IMG/VR virus record: IMGVR_UViG_3300044568_003085
Direction: 5' to 3' (one strand)
Length of the DNA stretch: 53,615 bases
Origin: a virus
Taxonomy: Duplodnaviria > Heunggongvirae > Uroviricota > Caudoviricetes
A program made the position numbers and the translations under genes. How positions within the stretch are numbered: the first letter of the stretch is position 1; every line of letters starts with the position of its first letter. Shown in pieces: positions 34,959 through 43,741 of this stretch. The notes beneath the pieces were generated by a model. That model ran no database searches. It saw only the letters and a list, made by a program, of their open reading frames with translations, and was not told the origin of the DNA.

Positions 34959-37900
34959 ATGGCAACTAATAAAGAAACACTATTAAAGTTTATAAATGAT
35001 CAATCACAAAAAGTTCAATCTGATATATCTCAACAAGGATATAAAAGAGATTCACCTTATGTTGATAGACAACAAAATATAATACAAGGACAACCTGGTC
35101 AACCAACGCCTATAACAATGCAAGGAGTGGACAAAACTCTTTTGGGTACAGATGAGTATGGAAATCAACAAATCATGCATCCTGGACAAGAATATGAGTT
35201 TCCTGGTTCACAAGTTACTGAAAGAGAAATGCCACTTGCTCAATATGGTAAACAATTAAATTTTTTACAACCAACTAGTAACAAATTACCAGAAGGTTAT
35301 AAGATTCCTTATAATACTCCTAGTTCTGAATTAGCTATATCTATAGGTGGAGAAAATGGAGAACCTGCATATTTAATTCCTAGTTTTAAATATGGTAAAC
35401 CATTAGCAGATCCTATTGGTGAATTTAGAAAAACAGGTGATCATTTAGGTGGTCCATTTAAAACCTGGCAAGAAGCAGAGAAATGGGAAAAAGAAACAAG
35501 ACATCCTGCAGTTGAAAATAAACAAACAATAATGTTTCCACAACAAGAGTTTAAATATGGTGGACTACTTAATAAAACTATTAAGTGTTCTAATTGTGGT
35601 TGGTCTTGGAAAGCTGCAGATGGTGGTAATGATGTTAATAATTGTCATAAATGTGGTGAAGAAGTGCTTATAAAAGCACAACTTGGTGGTACTAAATTTA
35701 AAATTCCAAATGAAAGAGAACAGTCACTTGTTGTAAAAGATAATATACCAAATTTTCAACCAAATATTAGTACACCTTTGACAGCAAAACAAATTGAACA
35801 AATAAGACTTCAAAAGTTAAAAGAAAAACAAGGAGAGTTACGTACATATGAACCTGAATCATCAGTTAAGCATGCGTTAAACATTGCAACTGCTCCTTTT
35901 ACAGCATTGAAATATAAAATGCAAAGAGGAGAAGTTCCAGATAACTTAGTACAAAGTATTGTTAATAATCCAAAATCAGCAAATGAATATGATGCTGCTT
36001 ATTTAGCTACAATTGCAAGAGCATTACCTTCTCTTGGAATGGCGGCACAACCAATAGTACAACCATTAGTAGCAGCAGGTACTACTGCATTAGGTGCAAA
36101 TGCTTTTAATGTTGCAGGATTAAATGCTGGAAATGCTATTGCAGCAGGATTTGCTACACATGGTGCAATGAATATTTCACCTGATGTTCAATCATGGATT
36201 GATAGACCAACATGGGAAAAAGCAAATAATATAGGATGGGATGCAATAGAAATGATACCTGCAGTTGGTCCAGCTACTAGAACAATTGGAGAAGGTATAA
36301 ACTTGGCAAGTGAAACAGTTGGTCCAGGATTAAATCAAATTAATAACTTGGTAAATAAAAAATATATACCTGGATTAAAACCACGTATGTTACCAGAAAC
36401 ATTAACACCAAAAATAGAATATTTTCCAAATGAGCATACAAGTGTAAAAATAAACTTAAATGATTCAAAAGGCAAATCATTTGGTTATTTAGGATTAGAA
36501 AATAAAAAAGAATGGGCAACTGATGCTGTAGGAAATGTTTTAAGAGATGGTCAAGGAATGCCAATTAAAAAAACTTCTGACTGGTTAAAACCTAGTATGA
36601 TAAGTGTCGATGATTTATTACAAGGAAATAAAACTCAAGATTTATTATATCAAATTGGTGTTGAAGAAGCACAAAAAAAAGGTTTAAAAGGTGTATTAAG
36701 TGGTGAACAATTATTATCACCATCAAAAACTGCAAAAGCACATGAAAGATTTAATAGAGAAATATTTGAACCAAAAAGCGCAAGAGGAAGAGAATGGATT
36801 GATCAAAATGGTTTAACACAACATGACCTTGTTGATTATAATATATCAGGTTTAACAGGTCATACAAATCCAAATGTTATTAATGACTGGATGGCAAATT
36901 ATAAAAATATAAATAAATTTAGACCACGTCAATATTACTCTTCAAAAGACTTAATAAATAAACCTATTGAATTTATAAAAAATAATCCATTAGATGTAAC
37001 AGTAGGTGCAATTTCAGCTGGTGCATTAGGCGGCATGGGTTATGTTCTTCCTCAAGCTTTTTTTGGAGAAAATGTATGGAATAATAAAACAGATGAGCAA
37101 TTACATGATGAATGGGAAAAGAGAGGACAAGAATGGAAAAAAGAAGATGCATTAAATTTACTTAAACAAAGTATTGAAATTCAAAATAAAAATATTGAAA
37201 ATAAATTTTTTAATACTGAAAAAAATAATAAACAACTAGGTGGTGAAAATCAAGAAGTAGTTGATTGGACTAAAAAATATGTTAGTTCTCCTAAGTATAA
37301 AGAACGCATAACAAATTCTGGATATGATAATCCTGATAAACAAATAGATAAGAGATTACAAAATTTAGAAAATGTAAATATTGTAGATACAAATAATCCA
37401 CAAGGTACTGTTTACAAACCAAGTAGAAATACTATTGAAACAAGTTATCCTGCAGATTTAGAATATTACAATATACATAAAAACTTATATCCAACAAGAC
37501 CTAATTTAGATAGTATTGTTGCGCATGAACTTGGTCATTCAGAAACTAATAGACAAAATTCTACTGCATCACTTTTAAACAAGTATGATCGTGGACAATT
37601 AAAAGATAGATTAGTTCCAGAAGCATATGATGATTTACAAGTTTATATTGATAACTATTTAAAACATGATAAGTCACATCATAATGTTATACCTGAAGAA
37701 AATAAATCTGATTTAAATTCTTATAGGTATGATATGCGTAATCAGTATGATGCTGGTACACAGGATTTTACAAAAGAACATTTGCAAAATTCACCAAGTT
37801 CATTTGCAAAAGAAAGATTATTAAAAAATTATTCTGATGAAGATTTAATTTGGTTAATGAATAATATTGCACAAAATAATAATAATGAAACTCAAATACC

Positions 37901-40900
37901 AACTGCGCAATATGGTGGTAGTAGATTTATACCAAAAGATGAAAGAGATAATTCTCGTGTATCAGTTGATAACACAAGAGTAAATAATTTTAATGATGCT
38001 AGATTATTTTCTAAAACTGCAAGAAATAAAACTCAAAAAGAAATTGACAAGGAAATTATTGATGATAGAAATAAAAGAATTGATGCAAGTATAGTTGCAA
38101 ATAAAAAAGGAAATTTATTTACTGATAATGATTGGAGACAACAATTAGCAGATAGAACACAAGCAACAGGAGACAAATTTAGAATATTTCCAAATGATGC
38201 AAATAGTTTTATAGATGATTATATTAATCCAGGAGTATTTATTGGTAACATGGCATCAGGATTAGGTAGTGCTCCATTACGTGCGCAACAAGAAGATTCA
38301 TATATGCCATATGTTACATCAGTTGCTGAACCTGTTGTCATGGGTGCTGTGGGTAAAGTTCTTGAACCATACATTAATAAAGCAGGTAAATTTGTTAAGA
38401 ACCAAATTAAAAAAAACATTGCTGTTCCAATTGCTAAATCAATAGTTAATAAAGTAGATGATGCAGCAATGCAAGAAGCGTTAATAAAATTTTCAAATAA
38501 TCCAAATGTAAGTTCTAAAAATATTATTAAAACAGAAACATTTAGACCAACAGATTTAATTGACACTGAAGGTGCAATAACACCTTTTGCAAAAAGTAAA
38601 TTTATTCAAGGATTATCTGAAGCTGCAAAACCATTAGATATTGAAGTTAAAAAAAGAATTCAAGAACTAAGTAGTCCAAAAGGATATAAAAGATTAGTTG
38701 ATCAAGAATCTAAGTATTTAAGAAACATTGGATTTGAAGGTGACTTAAATGCACAAGCAGATATTAATGCAACTGCAAGATTAAATGAGTTGCATCAATA
38801 TACATCTCCAAATCAAGTTGCTGCAGAAATGAGAAAGTTTAATATAATTACTGATGATACAAATATAGATCAATGGTCTGATAATTCTAATATGTTTGAT
38901 AATGCTTATTATCAGCCACCTAGACTTGCTGAATTTGCTGATGTATATACTTTACCTGGAGAAAATCCCTATGTGTTTAACCAACATGCACCAACTGGTA
39001 CTATTAATTTGCAAAAACCACCACCACAATTAGGTTCTAAAATTATGCCAGGTGAAATAGGAATTGGATATGATTATAAAAATTCAATACCAACAATGCG
39101 ACATGAAATAGGTCACTTTACTTCTCGCGGTAGAGTAATGCCAATTGATATTGAAGCAAGATCATTAGAAACAAAACAGTTTTTAACTCCTCAACAAGAA
39201 GCACAATATAAATATTTTAGAACAGGTAGTAAAGGAAAAGAACCAACAGGATTTTTAAATGAAGCAAGACAATCTATGTTAGATAATAAATTAATTAATA
39301 ATATTTATGATGATATAACACCAGAAATTGTACAAAAAGCACATACTCATTTTACAAATGCACCAAGTTATGAATTTAGATTGCCAAAAAATGCAATACC
39401 TGGTGAAGAACATTTTACAAGTCCACATAGAATTTTTGATTTTATGAATGCATCACCTGAAAATTTTGCAAAGTTATCTACTTTGTTTAATAAACTTCCT
39501 GCTGCAGTTCCAGTAACAGTTGCTGGTAGTGCATTAGGTGCTGGTGCTTTACAACAACAACAATTTGGTGGCACAACAGTTGCTGAACAATATACTCAGA
39601 TAACTGGTAAACCATGGCGTACTGCACATACTGAAGGTTTAACTGATGGTACTGCACAACAAAATCTTGCATTAATTGAAAGATTAAAACAACAACTACA
39701 ACCATTGCAAGAACCAGTTGTTCAAGAAGAAGAAATACAAATAGTTGAGGAACCTGTGCAACCTGCAATGTTTAATGAAGATCAATTACATCGCAAAGAT
39801 CTTGCAAAACGTGTTGTTGAAATTGCAGAAAATAGAATTAAAAATAATAAGTATATTGATGTTCCAGATGACCTAGTTAAAATTGCACTGTCACGTGGTG
39901 AATTTGCCAACAGTTGTATTGGTGGTGTATGTGATGTTTTTAAAGAAGCAGGTGTTATGAAAAGTGTAGACTGGTCTAATACTCATTTTGCTAAAAATGC
40001 AAAAGAATATGGATTTACTGCAAACAATGGATGGGGAATTAAAAGTATTGGTAATCTTGAACCTGGCGATTTATTACAACGTAATAATCGTACAAATAAA
40101 GATGGTGTTTATTATCCTGGTCATTCTCAAATTTATTTAGGTAAAGATGCACATGGTAAATATAGATTTTTTGATAATGCTAATAAAGAAGAAAGAACAT
40201 ATTATGAAGATGATATAAAAACTTTATTAGATCCAGCAAGAAAAAAAACTGAACCATCAGCATCAATCTATAAAGTTAATCCTTATACAAATGATAATCC
40301 ATACAGTCTTACACCAGAAGAACAAATAAGAGCAGTTGAAAAAAGTAAAATGATTAAGTCTGACTCAACATCACCTGCATCATATAATTGGAAAATTGCA
40401 GATAATGCAAAAAATTATAATACAGATACAAAAGTTGTAATGGATAAATTTATAGATTTTGCAAATGACAATGATAAAATAAATGAATTAGTTAAAAAAA
40501 CTGGTAAATCAAAAGAAGAAATTAATGATTCATTACTAAATGTATTTGGTGAATTTGGTCAAGAAAATAACTGGACTACTTCAAAAGGCAAAGGTGTAGG
40601 TTCTAGATTAGAAAACATTGGTGAAAGTATTTTAACTGCATTTGGTATTGGTAAAAATTTATCAGTAGGACCTGGTCAAATTAAATTTAATCAAATACCA
40701 GTAGATGTTAGAAAATCATTTAATATAAATTCACCAAATGATTTATATGATATAGAAAAAGTTTTGCCTTTGATGACAGCTCTTGATTTAAAAGATAAAG
40801 AAGTTCTGACAAACTGGGGTAAGAATGATACTTTGTCTTCAAAACTTTTTGGATGGAAAAGAGATAAATATGAAGATGGATATGGTAATGTAACTAGTGG

Positions 40901-41447
40901 AGGTTTTACTGCTGATGACTTATCTGCAGATACTGATGGATCAAGATTAAATAATACAGTTGGTAGATATTCACCATATCTTCGTAATCAATATTCTTCA
41001 ATTGCAAATAATACAGTTACAACTGGACAAAATGATTATATACCATTTAATGAAAACACACAACAAAATTATGTACCAGGTAGATTTAATTCTGGAAATG
41101 AGGATACTATGATTCAATCATACATAAGAGATCCTGGTAGTTATCCATATAAAGTAGAATCTAATTGGAGAAATAATCTTGAAAGAAATGTTATTAAAAA
41201 TGAAGAAGGTGCAGTTGAATTACCTGAAATTGTTGTTGGTAAAAGAAAACTAAAAAAAGAAATGGGGGGATTGTTATATAATGATAAAGACAACGCATTA
41301 CCACACAATGAATCTATAGATAAATATCTTGCACCAGAACAAACATTAATAAACTTTATGACAAAGATGCAAAAAGAAAATGGTGGCAGTGTTCCTTTTG
41401 GTGAATATTACAATGCAAATATAAAAAATCCAAGAAAAAAATCGTAA
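34959..41447 (+). CDS. giant multidomain internal virion (cargo) protein: Zn ribbon, GNAT-like, two HExxH zincins, DUF3597-like, NlpC/P60-CHAP-like, SLT/lysozyme-like
   Basis: CSNC...CHKC (35586-35657); HELGH (37524); HEIGH (39102); GTAQQNLALI; SC...PGDLL...GHSQIY (Cys 39915, His 40122); QEN...SVGPGQIK (40560-40690). Confidence 0.8.
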   Translation: MATNKETLLKFINDQSQKVQSDISQQGYKRDSPYVDRQQNIIQGQPGQPTPITMQGVDKTLLGTDEYGNQQIMHPGQEYEFPGSQVTEREMPLAQYGKQLNFLQPTSNKLPEGYKIPYNTPSSELAISIGGENGEPAYLIPSFKYGKPLADPIGEFRKTGDHLGGPFKTWQEAEKWEKETRHPAVENKQTIMFPQQEFKYGGLLNKTIKCSNCGWSWKAADGGNDVNNCHKCGEEVLIKAQLGGTKFKIPNEREQSLVVKDNIPNFQPNISTPLTAKQIEQIRLQKLKEKQGELRTYEPESSVKHALNIATAPFTALKYKMQRGEVPDNLVQSIVNNPKSANEYDAAYLATIARALPSLGMAAQPIVQPLVAAGTTALGANAFNVAGLNAGNAIAAGFATHGAMNISPDVQSWIDRPTWEKANNIGWDAIEMIPAVGPATRTIGEGINLASETVGPGLNQINNLVNKKYIPGLKPRMLPETLTPKIEYFPNEHTSVKINLNDSKGKSFGYLGLENKKEWATDAVGNVLRDGQGMPIKKTSDWLKPSMISVDDLLQGNKTQDLLYQIGVEEAQKKGLKGVLSGEQLLSPSKTAKAHERFNREIFEPKSARGREWIDQNGLTQHDLVDYNISGLTGHTNPNVINDWMANYKNINKFRPRQYYSSKDLINKPIEFIKNNPLDVTVGAISAGALGGMGYVLPQAFFGENVWNNKTDEQLHDEWEKRGQEWKKEDALNLLKQSIEIQNKNIENKFFNTEKNNKQLGGENQEVVDWTKKYVSSPKYKERITNSGYDNPDKQIDKRLQNLENVNIVDTNNPQGTVYKPSRNTIETSYPADLEYYNIHKNLYPTRPNLDSIVAHELGHSETNRQNSTASLLNKYDRGQLKDRLVPEAYDDLQVYIDNYLKHDKSHHNVIPEENKSDLNSYRYDMRNQYDAGTQDFTKEHLQNSPSSFAKERLLKNYSDEDLIWLMNNIAQNNNNETQIPTAQYGGSRFIPKDERDNSRVSVDNTRVNNFNDARLFSKTARNKTQKEIDKEIIDDRNKRIDASIVANKKGNLFTDNDWRQQLADRTQATGDKFRIFPNDANSFIDDYINPGVFIGNMASGLGSAPLRAQQEDSYMPYVTSVAEPVVMGAVGKVLEPYINKAGKFVKNQIKKNIAVPIAKSIVNKVDDAAMQEALIKFSNNPNVSSKNIIKTETFRPTDLIDTEGAITPFAKSKFIQGLSEAAKPLDIEVKKRIQELSSPKGYKRLVDQESKYLRNIGFEGDLNAQADINATARLNELHQYTSPNQVAAEMRKFNIITDDTNIDQWSDNSNMFDNAYYQPPRLAEFADVYTLPGENPYVFNQHAPTGTINLQKPPPQLGSKIMPGEIGIGYDYKNSIPTMRHEIGHFTSRGRVMPIDIEARSLETKQFLTPQQEAQYKYFRTGSKGKEPTGFLNEARQSMLDNKLINNIYDDITPEIVQKAHTHFTNAPSYEFRLPKNAIPGEEHFTSPHRIFDFMNASPENFAKLSTLFNKLPAAVPVTVAGSALGAGALQQQQFGGTTVAEQYTQITGKPWRTAHTEGLTDGTAQQNLALIERLKQQLQPLQEPVVQEEEIQIVEEPVQPAMFNEDQLHRKDLAKRVVEIAENRIKNNKYIDVPDDLVKIALSRGEFANSCIGGVCDVFKEAGVMKSVDWSNTHFAKNAKEYGFTANNGWGIKSIGNLEPGDLLQRNNRTNKDGVYYPGHSQIYLGKDAHGKYRFFDNANKEERTYYEDDIKTLLDPARKKTEPSASIYKVNPYTNDNPYSLTPEEQIRAVEKSKMIKSDSTSPASYNWKIADNAKNYNTDTKVVMDKFIDFANDNDKINELVKKTGKSKEEINDSLLNVFGEFGQENNWTTSKGKGVGSRLENIGESILTAFGIGKNLSVGPGQIKFNQIPVDVRKSFNINSPNDLYDIEKVLPLMTALDLKDKEVLTNWGKNDTLSSKLFGWKRDKYEDGYGNVTSGGFTADDLSADTDGSRLNNTVGRYSPYLRNQYSSIANNTVTTGQNDYIPFNENTQQNYVPGRFNSGNEDTMIQSYIRDPGSYPYKVESNWRNNLERNVIKNEEGAVELPEIVVGKRKLKKEMGGLLYNDKDNALPHNESIDKYLAPEQTLINFMTKMQKENGGSVPFGEYYNANIKNPRKKS

Positions 41448-41460
41448 ATTAGTAATGTAA
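41444..41460 (+). promoter_or_regulatory. recurring motif copy (GTAAATTAGTAATGTAA)
   Basis: Overlaps the stop of the 2162-aa ORF; 36 nt before the next ATG. Confidence 0.5.
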
Positions 41461-41496
41461 TCATGTGATAATTAACATGTAACTAAATATTTTAAT

Positions 41497-43647
41497 ATGC
41501 AAAATTCAAATCAAAACAGATGTCCTGAGTGTGAAAAAAATAGTGAGTCATTATTATATAGACAAACTATGGAAGAAGGTGGTGAATGGATACAAAGTGC
41601 TATTAAACATCCAGGTAGATGTACACCAGGTTCTCCTAATTATGATTGTCCAGAAGGAAGTCCACAATGGAATCTTGCACAAAGATTTAAACATGGTGAT
41701 TTACATAAAGAAGAAACAGGTGGCATGATTAAACGTGCTGATGGTAGTTATTCTAAAAGAGGATTGTGGGATAATATAAGAGCAAATGCAGGATCAGGAA
41801 AAAAACCAACATCAGAAATGTTAGAACAAGAAAGAAAAATAAATAAAGCACAACAAGGTGGAGAACAACGTGACCAAATGATGCAAATCATTATGGCATA
41901 TGCTCAATTGCATCAAGTTAAACCAGAAGAAGTAATTCAACAAATACAAAAATTATCTCCTGAAGAACAACAACAAGCAATGCAAACTATGGTCACTGAA
42001 TTACAAGGTGATCAAGGTGGACAACCTGAATCTCAAGTTGCAGAACAAACTGAATATCCACAAGAAGGTGGTTTTGCCAATGGAGGAAATATTCCAGATG
42101 GTAATCCCTATGGTGGCAATGAGTATAGATATGATGATGGTGGTAGTTATCCAGTTTCTGGTATGACAGGTATGGGTGATCGTGCAGGCAGAGGTTTACC
42201 ATATGCAGTACCAATGATAAATGCAACAGTAGGTGATGCACCAATATTTGAACCTTTCAAAGCAATAACTGGTTACATGGGAGCAGCAACAAGTTTAGCA
42301 GGTGCAGGTTTAGGTTTTGGTAAAGCAGCACAATGGGCAGGTAATAAATTATTACCAGAAGGCAAATTTAAAAGTGGATTTAATAACGTATTAAATGTTG
42401 CAAATGATGTTACTAAAGGTATAATGGATTTTGGTTCAGATTTAAATACTCAAGGTTTGTATAGTAATCAAATGCAAAAACAATTACAACAAAGTACTAG
42501 ACCATTAGATCAAAAATATATTAGAGAAGCAAGAAATGAAAAAGGTCCAAACTTGTATTATAGTAAACCAGTTAATGGTCCTGAGTATCAAGGTCAGTAT
42601 GATACGATGACAGCAGAATATGGTGGATATATTTCTCCTGTTGATATGTATGCAAATGGTGGATATACTGTAAGAAAATCAAATGATCGTAAAGGAAAAA
42701 CGCATGTTGTTACAGGACCTGATGGTACAAAAAAATATTTTGGTGATCCTAACATGGGAGAACGAAGTAAATCTAAAAATGGTAAAGATGCTTTTTATGC
42801 AAGACACGCAACCAACTTAAAAAATAATCCATATTTTAGAGCATACGCTAGATCTACATGGGAAGATGGAGGTACACTTCCACAAGCTCAATTTGGATTT
42901 AGTAATCCACAAGGACCTCCTTATGCACAACAAAATAATGCACTTGATCCAAATCAATTTCCACAAAATAATACAACAGATGCTTTTACAAGATCTCAAG
43001 GTCAACAATCATATGATCAATATAATAATGCAGTAAGATCTTTTTCAAATCCATTTGATACAAATAACATGTCTCAATTTGATTTAAATAATTTTAATAA
43101 AAATAAAATACCATTTCCAAAACCACCACAAGCACCAGAAGATTATACTGTTGATGAATCACAATTTCCACAAAGACAAGGAAATGATATGGCGTCAATG
43201 ATAAATCAAGATAATCAAATAGTTGGAAAGGAATTTGAAACTGAAAACAATTTAAATCCATTATCAGGTACACAAGCAAAGAGTACAGATTTTAATGGTA
43301 TGGATTATGCACAAAAAGCAAATGCTGGTGCTGGTGCTTTTTTAAATTATTTACAATATAAAAATAATAGAAGTAGAAAAAGAGATTATGATGCAATGTT
43401 AAAAAGAAAAAATAATACTGATTATGGTATTGCAAACAATACACCTAGTCAAGGTAACTATACTTTGAATGTAGGATTTCAAAACTTTCAACCTGGTAAA
43501 ACTACACCTATACAATCTGTTACAGGTAAATATGGTGGTACATTAAATAGAAAACAATATAAATCAGGTGGTGAATATCAAGTGTCAGAAGATGAGTTAT
43601 TACAACTTATGCAAAATGGTGCTGAAATTGAATTTATTAATAAATAA
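41497..43647 (+). CDS. modular internal virion (cargo) protein made of small GG-delimited domains
   Basis: More than 10 xxxGG junctions bounding small basic modules (WIQSAIKHPG..., GLWDNIR..., K.FGDP...FYARH). Confidence 0.75.
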   Translation: MQNSNQNRCPECEKNSESLLYRQTMEEGGEWIQSAIKHPGRCTPGSPNYDCPEGSPQWNLAQRFKHGDLHKEETGGMIKRADGSYSKRGLWDNIRANAGSGKKPTSEMLEQERKINKAQQGGEQRDQMMQIIMAYAQLHQVKPEEVIQQIQKLSPEEQQQAMQTMVTELQGDQGGQPESQVAEQTEYPQEGGFANGGNIPDGNPYGGNEYRYDDGGSYPVSGMTGMGDRAGRGLPYAVPMINATVGDAPIFEPFKAITGYMGAATSLAGAGLGFGKAAQWAGNKLLPEGKFKSGFNNVLNVANDVTKGIMDFGSDLNTQGLYSNQMQKQLQQSTRPLDQKYIREARNEKGPNLYYSKPVNGPEYQGQYDTMTAEYGGYISPVDMYANGGYTVRKSNDRKGKTHVVTGPDGTKKYFGDPNMGERSKSKNGKDAFYARHATNLKNNPYFRAYARSTWEDGGTLPQAQFGFSNPQGPPYAQQNNALDPNQFPQNNTTDAFTRSQGQQSYDQYNNAVRSFSNPFDTNNMSQFDLNNFNKNKIPFPKPPQAPEDYTVDESQFPQRQGNDMASMINQDNQIVGKEFETENNLNPLSGTQAKSTDFNGMDYAQKANAGAGAFLNYLQYKNNRSRKRDYDAMLKRKNNTDYGIANNTPSQGNYTLNVGFQNFQPGKTTPIQSVTGKYGGTLNRKQYKSGGEYQVSEDELLQLMQNGAEIEFINK

Positions 43648-43679
43648 CAAAAAGTCTATCATAATAGGAAAAAACAAAT

Positions 43680-43703
43680 TATATTTGTAAATTCTAAATG
43701 TAA
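43680..43703 (+). promoter_or_regulatory. -7 element TATATTTG fused to recurring motif GTAAATTCTAAATGTAA
   Basis: TATATTTG at 43680-43687; motif at 43687-43703; 38 nt before the ATG at 43742. Confidence 0.6.
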
Positions 43704-43741
43704 TAGGTTTACCGATTTTTAACTTTAAACTCTAAAAGTTT

